A stretch of DNA of 64,000 nt from Oscillospiraceae bacterium (lineage in GTDB: Bacteria; Bacillota; Clostridia; Oscillospirales; QAMX01): positions 15,071-79,070 of the forward strand of contig SVLY01000001.1 in the NCBI GenBank assembly GCA_015067715.1. The letters are read 5' to 3'. Both the position numbers and the translations under genes were made by a program. Shown piece after piece: positions 26,405 to 35,406 of the stretch. Within the stretch, counting starts at the first letter, position 1. Every line of letters begins with the position of its first letter. Below the pieces are notes generated by a model. It saw only the letters and a program-made list of their open reading frames with translations. It did not search any database and was not told the origin of the DNA.

Positions 26405-27867
26405 TTCTTTCCGTAGCCGTAGCGGCCGTAGTGACCGTAATGTCCGTAGCGCCCGTAGCTTCCGTAGCGGCCGTAGCCGTAGTTATAGCCGTAGCCGGAA
26501 ACGCCGGAGGACGCGCCGTTGAGCACACAGCCTAAAACCCGGGCGTTCGTTGCGCTGATAATATCTATGGCGTAGCGAATGCGCGAAATGCGGACGGTAT
26601 CCTGCCGGACGGAGAATATGACCCCGTCCGAGGCCTCGGCAATAACAGCCGGGTCGGAGATCAGCGCGCAGGGGGGAGTGTCCACGAAGATATAGTCGTA
26701 TTCGCCCCTGAGGTCACGGAAAAGCTGGCTCCAGAACTCGGTCTTCATAAGCTTCCAGAATTTTGAGGAGGGCACGTTGAAGGTCAGCAGGGTGAGCCCC
26801 AGCTTTTCCACAAAGGCGGTGTTCACAAGCCCCTCTGCCTTTTCCGGGGCAGGAGTCTTTCCATAAACAAGGGCGGAAATGCTGGGATTGCGAAGGTCCG
26901 CGTCCACAAGCAGGACCTTTTTGCCGGAGGCGGCGATCTCGGCGGCGAGGTTTACGGTGAGGGTGGTCTTTCCCTCGCCGGGAGCGGCGCTGGTGACCGT
27001 GATGACCTTTCCGCCCTCTTCGTTCTCGGTAAGGTTCAAAAGTGAGGTGCGAAGCTCACGGAGAGACTCCAAAAAGCCGTTGCCGATAAGGGGATTTGTG
27101 AGCAGAATGGAGCGGTCTATCTTCGTGCGGTGCTTTTTGAAGGTGACCTGGGGCAAAACACCCAGACCGTGCTGGTTGAGCTTTTCGTGAATGTCCTTCT
27201 TGGTGCGCACGGTGCGGCGCATGGTTGAATAGCAGATGAGCAAAAACGCGCTGATGACAATGCCGAATGCCGCTCCGATCAGTCCCTGGCGCAGGTAGTT
27301 GACTGTGTTCACAGGGTCAGTGGGCACGGAGGGCGCGGAGAGAATGGTGAGCAGGGTGTTGCCGATAACGTATTCCGCCACGAAGGGGTAGTTTTCCATG
27401 GCAGAGACGAGCACGTCGTAGGTAAGCTGGGGGTCGGAGCCCGTGGCGGTCATGGTGAACATATTGGTTCCGCTAACGGTTGAGGCCGAAAGGCTGGCGG
27501 GCATATAGGGCAGCTCAAGGTCGGTCTTGATGATATCCTGAAGAATATTGCTCTGGAGAATATAGGGGAAGGTGGACGAGAGCTGGCTTGCGGTGGAGCG
27601 GTTGTAGTAGAAGGAATAGGAGGTTATGCCGTTGGTGCCTGCGGCGTTGTCCGCAGTCTGAACGGTGAAGGTGACCGAGGCCTTGTAAACGGGGCGGTAG
27701 TTCAGCCTGCTTCTCAGCGCCGTTCCGCCGGAGCAGAGAATGATTATGGCCAGAAACAGCCACCAGAAGCGCACCGTGCCCCGCCAGAGGTCGCTGGGAT
27801 ATATCTCGAAGGGCGCCGGAGCGGAGGAGGCGCGTTCTTCTTTTTTGTCGGGCTTGGAATTACTCAA
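26401..27867 (-). CDS. Fused Wzz-domain / BY-kinase (polysaccharide biosynthesis tyrosine autokinase), paralog 2
   Basis: Two TM segments flank a Wzz-like loop. Walker A is SAAPGEGKTT and Walker A' is IFVDTPP. The C-terminal Tyr cluster is GYGYNYGYGRYGSYGRYGHYGHYGRYGYG. Start is TTG. Confidence 0.85.
   Translation of the reverse strand: MSNSKPDKKEERASSAPAPFEIYPSDLWRGTVRFWWLFLAIIILCSGGTALRSRLNYRPVYKASVTFTVQTADNAAGTNGITSYSFYYNRSTASQLSSTFPYILQSNILQDIIKTDLELPYMPASLSASTVSGTNMFTMTATGSDPQLTYDVLVSAMENYPFVAEYVIGNTLLTILSAPSVPTDPVNTVNYLRQGLIGAAFGIVISAFLLICYSTMRRTVRTKKDIHEKLNQHGLGVLPQVTFKKHRTKIDRSILLTNPLIGNGFLESLRELRTSLLNLTENEEGGKVITVTSAAPGEGKTTLTVNLAAEIAASGKKVLLVDADLRNPSISALVYGKTPAPEKAEGLVNTAFVEKLGLTLLTFNVPSSKFWKLMKTEFWSQLFRDLRGEYDYIFVDTPPCALISDPAVIAEASDGVIFSVRQDTVRISRIRYAIDIISATNARVLGCVLNGASSGVSGYGYNYGYGRYGSYGRYGHYGHYGRYGYGKK
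26411..26494 (-). repeat. Coding micro-repeat (ccgtag hexamer, encoding a Tyr-Gly-rich tail)
   Basis: About 9 exact ccgtag units within 84 nt at the 3' end of the kinase gene. Confidence 0.8.
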
Positions 27868-27886
27868 TTTGAACAGACCCCCTCAT

Positions 27887-29368
27887 TTACTTATTTCCGT
27901 CCCCGTCGCTGCCGGAACCTTGGGCAGAGGAGGGGGTAAAGGCTTCGTATTTACCCTTTTTGGAATAGTGGCTTCCGTAGCCGTAGCCGGAATAACCGGA
28001 TTCGTCGGCGCCGGTCTGGCCAAAGAAGGTAAACTCGCTGTAAACGTCGTTGAGAATGCATCCGCCGAACTTCTCCCCGGAGGAAGTGAGCTTGAGCACG
28101 GCGTCGTTGATGTCGGCGGTAAGGGCTTTGTCCGTGCGGACGACCAGAAGCGAACGGTCTGCGTGGCGGCAGAGGGACGCCACGTCCGCAGAGAAGATCA
28201 TGGGGGGAGTGTCGATTATAACGTAGTCGAACTTGTTGCGGAAGAGCTCAAGGGTTTGGGGAACTCTTTCGGAGTTTATCCAGCCGGTGTAGTCCCGGCG
28301 GTGTCTTGCGTTGAGGGCAAGGTAGAGGCTGGTGTTGCGGTAGCGGCGGATCTTGAAGCTCTCAAGTGAGGTGGAGCCGGAAAGCAGAGCCGCAAAGTCG
28401 CTCTGGGCAGAAACGCTTACGCCCAGGATCTTGTAAAGGGCGGGCTTTAAAAAGTCCATATCCAAAAGGGCAACGCGGTTTCCGCGGCTGGCAAGAGCAA
28501 GGGCTATGTTTGCCGCGGCGGTGGACTTACCCTCGTTTTCCGCAACGCTGGTGATAAGGAACACGCTGTCCCCGGAGCGCCGGTGGGCGTAGGAGAGGCG
28601 GTTTGCGATCTTCTGGTAGCTTTCGGTAAAGCGGAAGTCGGAGTAGGCGCTGTTTATGAGCAGAGAGGTCTTCTTGCCCTTCAGCGCGGCGGAAAGGGGA
28701 AGCTTTTTTCTGGTGTGGGCAACGGTGCCAACCAGCTTTTCCCCCACCTTTTCGTTGAAATCGTGCTCGTCCTTGACGGTGTCCCGGGCAACGGAGATCA
28801 CCACGACGGCGGCCAGGGCGGCCAGGGCGGCGGCGCCGGCAAAGATGAACCTGTTCTGGGTGCTGATGGCGTTGGAGGGACCCTTTGGCACGGTGGGGGA
28901 GCGCATTACGTCGATAATTGCGTCCGCAAAAATGGTCTCGGAGATCCGGGGATAGACCTCGAGCACGGCGCAAAGCTCTTCGTAGGCCGTCTGGGGAGAG
29001 GATGCGGTCACGCTGAGGGTGAGGATATTGGTGTTGGGGATAACGCTGGCAGAGACCGACCCGTCAAACCATCCGCGCCCTAAGTGCTCTGCGGCGTATT
29101 CACGCATTGTGGGCTGGGAAAAGACCTCGGAAAAGATCTCCGCCATCTCGGAAGAGGCAGAAAGATTCGTGTAGGCAAGATAGGTGCCGCTCTTTGCGGT
29201 GACAATGAGGGTGGCAGAGCTTGTGTAAACGGGGCGGTAAACGCTCTTTCCGGCAACCCACACAAGAATGAGCGCGCTTATTGCGGAGAGCACCACCACC
29301 CACAGGTTTTTGAGAATGTCCCGGAGAAGGCTGTGCCATTCGATGCGGAAATCGTTGGTTCGGTTCAT
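27887..29368 (-). CDS. Fused Wzz-domain / BY-kinase, paralog 1
   Basis: Two TM segments. Walker A is SVAENEGKST, Walker A' is VIIDTPP, and LLVVRTD follows. The C-terminal Tyr cluster is GYSGYGYGSHYSKKGKY. Confidence 0.85.
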   Translation of the reverse strand: MNRTNDFRIEWHSLLRDILKNLWVVVLSAISALILVWVAGKSVYRPVYTSSATLIVTAKSGTYLAYTNLSASSEMAEIFSEVFSQPTMREYAAEHLGRGWFDGSVSASVIPNTNILTLSVTASSPQTAYEELCAVLEVYPRISETIFADAIIDVMRSPTVPKGPSNAISTQNRFIFAGAAALAALAAVVVISVARDTVKDEHDFNEKVGEKLVGTVAHTRKKLPLSAALKGKKTSLLINSAYSDFRFTESYQKIANRLSYAHRRSGDSVFLITSVAENEGKSTAAANIALALASRGNRVALLDMDFLKPALYKILGVSVSAQSDFAALLSGSTSLESFKIRRYRNTSLYLALNARHRRDYTGWINSERVPQTLELFRNKFDYVIIDTPPMIFSADVASLCRHADRSLLVVRTDKALTADINDAVLKLTSSGEKFGGCILNDVYSEFTFFGQTGADESGYSGYGYGSHYSKKGKYEAFTPSSAQGSGSDGDGNK

Positions 29369-30192
29369 TTCTCTTCGGCCTCCTCAACGATAACTGTGAG
29401 CACGGTGTGCTGTTGGCGCTCTGCGGCGTCGGAAACGTAGAAGTGGACCTGGTAGGTGCCGGGGACGGATGTGTCAAGACCGCTGTCCGTGCGGACAAGG
29501 GCTGTGAGATCCTCGCCGTTAACGTCGGTGGCAGACACGAGATAGCTCTCCGGAGAGATGCTCTCTCCCGGAGCAAGGTACACGAGGTATTCCGAAAGCT
29601 TTATCTCCGGTGCGGCAGGGCTGATATCCTCGACGTAAATGGGAAGCTCAAGGTAGATAACGTCGCCCTTGCTGTTGGAGACTCTTGCGGACATATTGAA
29701 TATACCCGTCACGTTTGCCTGATAATCGGCGGCGGTTATGACGATCTTTTGGGAGATGTCCCCGTCGATAAGGTCGGTGGCTCGTACCCGGTCAAGAACG
29801 CTCACTCTCTCGCTGAGGCCGAAGACCATGGAGTCGCTCATGGAAAAGGTGGGAGCCTCGTAATTTGCATAGCGGATCTTTCTTGTTGCGGTGGCGGTGT
29901 GGTTGTCGTTGTCGCACACGGCGTAGGTCACAACGGAAACTCCGGGGTCGGTGAAGCGTGAGACGGATTCGATTATGATCTTTCCGGTTATGTCCCCGTC
30001 CTTTTCGTCAAAGGCGGAAACGCCCTTCAAAAGCTCGGCTCTGTCTGCCTGAAGGCTCACGTCGATAATATCTCCCTCAACGGTAATGCGGGGGTAGGTC
30101 TTGTCGGTCTTTCTGTCGCGGACGTAGAACACGGCGAAAAGGCAGACCGAAAGGCAGAACAACAGCCCGACGGCTATCCTCAAAAGCTTCAT
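29365..30192 (-). CDS. Membrane-anchored protein with three Ig-like (DUF5011-type) repeats
   Basis: N-terminal TM anchor, then three ~75-aa repeats, each carrying D.DGDI(T/S).KI-type strands. It overlaps the downstream kinase gene by 4 nt. Confidence 0.55.
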   Translation of the reverse strand: MKLLRIAVGLLFCLSVCLFAVFYVRDRKTDKTYPRITVEGDIIDVSLQADRAELLKGVSAFDEKDGDITGKIIIESVSRFTDPGVSVVTYAVCDNDNHTATATRKIRYANYEAPTFSMSDSMVFGLSERVSVLDRVRATDLIDGDISQKIVITAADYQANVTGIFNMSARVSNSKGDVIYLELPIYVEDISPAAPEIKLSEYLVYLAPGESISPESYLVSATDVNGEDLTALVRTDSGLDTSVPGTYQVHFYVSDAAERQQHTVLTVIVEEAEEK

Positions 30193-30218
30193 TTACTCAT
30201 GCTCCTCGTGGTGTGTGG

Positions 30219-30947
30219 TCAGATTTTATGGGTGACCCCGTCTGAAACGATCTTTTCGGGGTTGGATATCAAAAGAAGGTCGGCGTAATCCGGGGAAAAG
30301 CTTTCGCACAAAAGCTCGTGGAGATCCCCAAGGTTAGGTGTGCGGCGGTACGGACTGTGACCGTCGCTGGCGGCGAGGTCGGCAAGACCCATGCGGCATA
30401 TCTCGTTTGCGGCGCGGCAGGTGTCCCTGCCGAAAAGCCCGAAGAAGCTGTCCTTGTTCACCTGCAAAAGGGCAAGGGACCCAAGCTTTTTGGCAGAGGC
30501 GGGATCCTCCCGGACGAAACCGCACCTTTCGGGGTGGGCAAGCACGGGAACGAGCCCCGTTGACCGCACCTCTTTCAAAAGGGCGAGGGCGGTGTCCAGT
30601 GTCTCCGGGGGGTCAAGCTCCGCAAGCAGATACCGGGAGCGGTTAAGCGTTGTGACCTTTCCCCGGCGGATAAGCTCTCCGACGCCCTCCCGAAGGAAGA
30701 CCTCCTGTCCGGGATAGAGCCGGAGGGGAATGGAGGCAGAGTCCAGCTCCTGCTGTAAAAGCTCAACCACCCGGTCAAGGGCGGGGGTATAGTAATTTTT
30801 GGGCTCTCCGGGAATATTGCAGTGGGGCGTACACACGAGTCCCTTCGTGTTGCCCTCTGCGGCAATGGACGCCATTTTCAGAGATTCCCCAAGGCTTTGG
30901 GCTCCGTCGTCCGCGGAGGGGATGATGTGGCAGTGAATGTCGGTCAT
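30219..30947 (-). CDS. CpsB/CapC-type PHP-family tyrosine-protein phosphatase
   Basis: MTDIHCHIIPSADDG ... CTPHCN ... AHPER ... SDGH are PHP metal-ligand motifs of the CpsB type. Confidence 0.85.
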   Translation of the reverse strand: MTDIHCHIIPSADDGAQSLGESLKMASIAAEGNTKGLVCTPHCNIPGEPKNYYTPALDRVVELLQQELDSASIPLRLYPGQEVFLREGVGELIRRGKVTTLNRSRYLLAELDPPETLDTALALLKEVRSTGLVPVLAHPERCGFVREDPASAKKLGSLALLQVNKDSFFGLFGRDTCRAANEICRMGLADLAASDGHSPYRRTPNLGDLHELLCESFSPDYADLLLISNPEKIVSDGVTHKI

Positions 30948-31426
30948 GGCAGGAGTCCTGTTCTCTTCTGTGACTTCTTTGGGATGGCGCGGAACAAAAG
31001 CATTCCGGCGGCGGTGCCCAGCAAAAGTCCGATCCCGTCCACCCAGACGTCTGTGACGGATGCGCCCCTGTTTGAGAATATCTGAAGAGTCTCGTCACAA
31101 AGGGCGGTGAGAAGTCCTGCCGACAGGGGCAGAAAGGGAAGGGGGATCTTTTTGAAAAAACGTCGGGAGATCACGGTGAGCTCAATGGCCAGAAGAGCAA
31201 ATTCCGAAACGTGAGCCAGCTTGCGGATAAGGTGGCTTGTGAACCAGGTGTCCGCAAGGGCAAGCTCCTCTCCGGTGTTTGCAATGTGCGCCCCGAAAAG
31301 AGAGCTCACAAAGTTGGAAAGAGCTGTGGACGCCTCCCGGGAGAGGGCGGAGTTTGCAAAGATGAACCCAAGGGTGAGCCCGGTGGCGATCAGCAGTATC
31401 ACCGTGAAAAGAGTTTTTCTTTTCAT
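30944..31426 (-). CDS. VanZ-family membrane protein
   Basis: 160 aa, 4 TM segments, with KLAHVSEFALLA and DETLQ motifs. Confidence 0.7.
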   Translation of the reverse strand: MKRKTLFTVILLIATGLTLGFIFANSALSREASTALSNFVSSLFGAHIANTGEELALADTWFTSHLIRKLAHVSEFALLAIELTVISRRFFKKIPLPFLPLSAGLLTALCDETLQIFSNRGASVTDVWVDGIGLLLGTAAGMLLFRAIPKKSQKRTGLLP

Positions 31427-31433
31427 CGTATTC

Positions 31434-33305
31434 TCAGAGCTGTGCCGGACGGTAGGTGGGGGCTATGGCGGAGAGCATTTTCCGTATGGCGGCGTGGTCG
31501 GGCTCGGGGCCGGTGCAGAGGCGGTTGAGCTCCGCAAGCTGACGGGAAAACTCTTCGGGGCAAACGCTCACCTGGTGGCCGATGAATATCTTTTTGTTCT
31601 CGGTCCTGGTGAGCCCCTCCTCGCTCATGAGAAGCTCCTCGTACATCTTTTCGCCGGGACGAAGGCCGGTGTAGCGGATGTTGATATCTCTTCCCAGCAC
31701 CAGGCCGGAAAGGCTTATCATCTTTTTTGCAAGATCGTCTATTCTGACGGGCTGACCCATGTCCAGCACGAATATCTCGCCGCTCTTTGCCATTGCGCCG
31801 GAGGCCAGAACAAGCTGGCTTGCCTCGGGAATGGTCATGAAATAGCGGATCATTTCCGGATGGGTGACGGTAACGTCGTGACGGGCTTCGATCTGGCTTT
31901 TGAACAGGGGTATCACCGAGCCGTTTGAGCCCAGAACGTTTCCAAAGCGCACGGCGGTGAAGGTGGTGTTGGAAAAGCCGGAGAAATAGGTTATAAGCAT
32001 CTCGCAGATACGCTTCGTGGCGCCCATTACGTTGGTGGGGTTCACGGCCTTGTCCGTTGAGATGAGAATGAACTTTTTAACGCCGTTTTTGTCCGCCGCG
32101 GCAGCGGTGTTGAAAAGGCCGAAGACATTGTTTTTCACGGCCTCGTCGGGGCTGTCCTCCATAAGGGGGACGTGCTTGTGGGCGGCGGCGTGGACGACGA
32201 TGTCCGGCTTTTCCCGGGCAAAGAGCAGATCCATCTTCTTTGCATCCCGGACGGAGGCAATGTGGACGGAAAGGTTGAGCCTGTCGCCGTAAAGGCCGAT
32301 AAGCTCCTGCTGAATGGCGTAGGCGTTGTTTTCGTAAATGTCGATGATAACCAGCTTTCCGGGGGAGTTTGCGGCAACCTGGCGGCAGATCTCCGAGCCG
32401 ATGGAACCGCCGCCGCCGGTGATGGCAACGGTCTTTCCGGAGACGAAGGACAAAAGCGCCTCGTCTGCGACCTTGACGGGCTCACGGCCGAGAAGCTCTT
32501 CGGGGGTGATGTTTCTCACCTTTTCCGCAAGGCTTCCCAAAGCGTCGGTCTCGGAGAAGAAGGGCAGTATCTTTACCGGGCAGTTCGCCCCGGCGCAGTA
32601 TTCGAGGATCCGGGCCCTCTGGGCGTTTGTGGCGGAGGGGATGGCGATGTAGATAAGGTCGACTCCGTGCTCCCGGCAGATGGTGGGAATTTCCCGGGTG
32701 TTGCCGTAGACCTTTATGCCGGAGATACGGCGGTGGAGCTTTTGCCTGTCGTCGTCAACTACGGCAACGGGCAGAAGACCCAGAGAGGGGTTGTGGAGAA
32801 GCTCGGTGAGCATCATGGACCCGGCGCTTCCCGCGCCGACGATGAGAAGCTTTTTAAGGGGAACGTCCTTCCTCCGGGCAGAACGGTGGGCGATAATGGC
32901 GAAATAGGTGAGACGTGAGGCGGTTATGCCAAGGGCGCACACCGCGGCGGACATTATGCTGTAGAGGGTGGGCAGGTTTTTGCTCATGCCGATAAGCTCA
33001 CAGGCCAGAAACGCCGCAAAGGCCGCCTCTGCGGCGGTGAGGAGTATGCGCAAAAAGTCCGAGCCCGAGGCGTAGCGCCAGATGATGCGGTCGATTTTCA
33101 GTATGCGCGAAAACAGCAGATAAAAAACAACGGGCAGGACTGTCCAGAGAACGTAAACATAAGCCGGAGAGCCCATTTCCCGGCGCAGAGCGCAGATGAA
33201 AAGGGAAAGCCCGTAGGAAAGGGCGATGATCGCGACATCTGTACAGAGAAGCAAAAAGCTTCTGTCCATGACGAAGTTCTTTACTTTTATAAGAAAGTTT
33301 TTCAT
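31434..33305 (-). CDS. CapD/PglF-type membrane-bound nucleotide-sugar 4,6-dehydratase (polysaccharide biosynthesis protein)
   Basis: N-terminal TM domain, then VAITGGGGSIGSE, HAAAHKHVPLME and LISTDKAVNPTNVMGATKR. I prefer the ATG at 33305. Confidence 0.85.
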   Translation of the reverse strand: MKNFLIKVKNFVMDRSFLLLCTDVAIIALSYGLSLFICALRREMGSPAYVYVLWTVLPVVFYLLFSRILKIDRIIWRYASGSDFLRILLTAAEAAFAAFLACELIGMSKNLPTLYSIMSAAVCALGITASRLTYFAIIAHRSARRKDVPLKKLLIVGAGSAGSMMLTELLHNPSLGLLPVAVVDDDRQKLHRRISGIKVYGNTREIPTICREHGVDLIYIAIPSATNAQRARILEYCAGANCPVKILPFFSETDALGSLAEKVRNITPEELLGREPVKVADEALLSFVSGKTVAITGGGGSIGSEICRQVAANSPGKLVIIDIYENNAYAIQQELIGLYGDRLNLSVHIASVRDAKKMDLLFAREKPDIVVHAAAHKHVPLMEDSPDEAVKNNVFGLFNTAAAADKNGVKKFILISTDKAVNPTNVMGATKRICEMLITYFSGFSNTTFTAVRFGNVLGSNGSVIPLFKSQIEARHDVTVTHPEMIRYFMTIPEASQLVLASGAMAKSGEIFVLDMGQPVRIDDLAKKMISLSGLVLGRDINIRYTGLRPGEKMYEELLMSEEGLTRTENKKIFIGHQVSVCPEEFSRQLAELNRLCTGPEPDHAAIRKMLSAIAPTYRPAQL

Positions 33306-33379
33306 AAAAAAAGCTCTCGGTACAAGGGGAGATAAGCCCCGGTATTTTTGAGGGGAACGGACATAATAAACCAAATATA

Positions 33380-33408
33380 ATTATACTTTTTTTAGCCCCG
33401 GTTGTCAA
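33380..33408 (-). promoter_or_regulatory. Sigma-A-type promoter of the EPS operon
   Basis: On the minus strand: TTGACA (33403-33408), a 17-nt spacer, then TATAAT (33380-33385). Confidence 0.65.
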
Positions 33409-33488
33409 TGACTGCAGGGGCTTTTTCGGGGGTTTTGGAGAAATATGTGGATTTGACAGAAAAAAAGAGGAAGAAACCGGAAAAAGGT

Positions 33489-33517
33489 GTTGCATTTTTC
33501 GCGGCGATATGGTAATA
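33489..33517 (+). promoter_or_regulatory. Promoter of the glycine-riboswitch/AGCS transcript
   Basis: TTGCAT, a 17-nt spacer, then TAATAT with an extended TGn. Confidence 0.6.
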
Positions 33518-33549
33518 TATCCGCAAACAAACTGATATTGCCGTGTGAC

Positions 33550-33718
33550 GTCCGCAGGAAAGGGGCTTTCTGCCCGCCGAAGAAGTAAAACTTTCAGGTA
33601 AAACAGACTGTGGTCCGACGGAACTCTGGAGAATTCCGCGGTTTTCCGCGGATGCCGAAGGTGCAAGGTGCCCGTTTTGCTGCGGGCGCAAATCTCTCAG
33701 GCGAAAGGACGGAGCGCA
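33550..33718 (+). promoter_or_regulatory. Tandem glycine riboswitch (two aptamers)
   Basis: Aptamer 1: GGAAAG...GCCGAAGAAGUAA...CUUUCAGGUAAAACAGAC. Aptamer 2: CUCUGGAGAA...GCCGAAGGUGCAA...CUCUCAGGCGAAAGGAC. Both match the conserved glycine-aptamer cores. Confidence 0.85.
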
Positions 33719-33841
33719 ACATACCTCTCCCGTAAGCGGGTGATTTATTTGCGGCTGGTTCCCTTTTAGTTTTTGAGGGGCGGCTGCATTTTTTGTTTTT
33801 AGTCACGGAGGAGAAGCGGCAGAACGAGAGAGGAAAACAAT

Positions 33842-35326
33842 ATGAAGGTACTGGATTTTATTGCGGGCGACCTTAACGGCTTTATCTGGGGCTGGTTTGG
33901 AATAGCCCTTCTGCTGGGCACCGGCGTTATCATGACCGTGCTCACCAGATTTTTCCAGATAATCAGAGTTCGCCACTGGGTGAAGGAGACTGTGGGAAGC
34001 CTGTTCAAGAAGAACGTTTTCAGGCACAGCAAGGACAAGGCCTCCATCTCGCCCTTCCAGGCGCTCTGCACCGCTCTTGCCGCAACGGTCGGCACGGGCA
34101 ATATCGCAGGCGTTGCCGGCGCCATTGCCACCGGCGGTCCCGGCGCGGTGTTCTGGATGTGGGTGTCCGCATTCTTCGGAATGATGACAAACTATTCCGA
34201 AAACGTTCTCGGCATTTTCTTCCGCCGCAAGGATAAAAACGGCGAGTGGGCCGGCGGCGCAATGTACTACCTCCAGGACGGTCTGGGCGGCAAAAAGGGC
34301 TTTAAGACCGTGGGAAAGGTTCTTGCCATTCTGTTCGCCGTCTTTGCGGTGATCGCCTCCTTTGGCATCGGCAACCTTGCCCAGGCAAACACCATCGCCT
34401 CCAACATGTACGCTCAGTTTAAAATCCCCATGTGGGTCGTGGGCATCTTCCTGGCTGTGGTTGCGTCTCTTGTGATCATCGGCGGCATCAAGCGCATTGC
34501 CTCCGTCACCGAAAAGCTGGTTCCCGTTATGAGCGTTATATACATCATCGGCGCTATTGTCATTATGTTTATGAACGTCGGCCTTATCGGCGATATCTTC
34601 GGCGCCATCTTCAGATTCGCCTTCACTCCCTCTGCGGTCATCGGCGGCGGCATCGGCATTGCCATAAAGATGGGCTTTAAGCGCGGCATCTTCTCCAACG
34701 AGGCCGGCCTCGGCTCTTCCGTTATGGTCCATTCCGCATCCAGCGTTAAGGAGCCTGTCAAGCAGGGTATGTGGGGCATTTTCGAGGTCTTCTTTGACAC
34801 CATGATAATCTGCACTCTCACCGCCATCGTCGTTCTCTCCTCGGGAGTTATCGACCTTGCCACCGGCGGTCCTGCCGCAGGCTTTGAGGGGCTTGACTCC
34901 AACGTTCTTGTGGCAGACGCCTTCAGCCTCCAGTTCGGCGCCTTTGGCGGCTGGTTCGTTGCTGTGGCCATACTCTTCTTTGCCTTCTCCACCATCCTGG
35001 GCTGGAGCTACTACGGCACCCGCAGCTGGGTGTACCTCTTCGGCGAAAAGACCGCCATTATCTATAAGGTCGTTTTCATCGCTGTTATCTTCGTAAGCAC
35101 CCTTCTCAAGGGGGACATGGCCGCTCTTCCCTGGAACATCTCCGACACCTTCAACGGTCTGATGATGCTCCCCAACCTTATCGGCGTTCTCGCCCTCTCG
35201 GGTATGGTCATGAAGATCACCGCAAACTACGTAAAGCGTAAGATAAAGGGCCAGCCCATCGAGCCCATGCTCTCTTTCGACCCCGAGATCCAGAAGGCTC
35301 ACGCGGCCACTCTTGACGAGGAATAA
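33842..35326 (+). CDS. Alanine/glycine:cation symporter (AGCS family)
   Basis: 494 aa. Motifs SPFQALCTALAATVGTGNIAGVA and FSNEAGLGSS are typical of the AGCS family. Confidence 0.9.
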   Translation: MKVLDFIAGDLNGFIWGWFGIALLLGTGVIMTVLTRFFQIIRVRHWVKETVGSLFKKNVFRHSKDKASISPFQALCTALAATVGTGNIAGVAGAIATGGPGAVFWMWVSAFFGMMTNYSENVLGIFFRRKDKNGEWAGGAMYYLQDGLGGKKGFKTVGKVLAILFAVFAVIASFGIGNLAQANTIASNMYAQFKIPMWVVGIFLAVVASLVIIGGIKRIASVTEKLVPVMSVIYIIGAIVIMFMNVGLIGDIFGAIFRFAFTPSAVIGGGIGIAIKMGFKRGIFSNEAGLGSSVMVHSASSVKEPVKQGMWGIFEVFFDTMIICTLTAIVVLSSGVIDLATGGPAAGFEGLDSNVLVADAFSLQFGAFGGWFVAVAILFFAFSTILGWSYYGTRSWVYLFGEKTAIIYKVVFIAVIFVSTLLKGDMAALPWNISDTFNGLMMLPNLIGVLALSGMVMKITANYVKRKIKGQPIEPMLSFDPEIQKAHAATLDEE

Positions 35327-35348
35327 TGCCCGCGATAACAGGATAACT

Positions 35349-35389
35349 AAAAACCAGTCATCCCGGAAAAAACGGGATGACTGGTTTTT
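35349..35389. terminator. Bidirectional Rho-independent terminator
   Basis: A5-ccagtcatcccg ... cgggatgactgg-T5, a 12-bp perfect stem between convergent genes. Confidence 0.8.
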
Positions 35390-35406
35390 GCTTATATATG
35401 CTTTTT

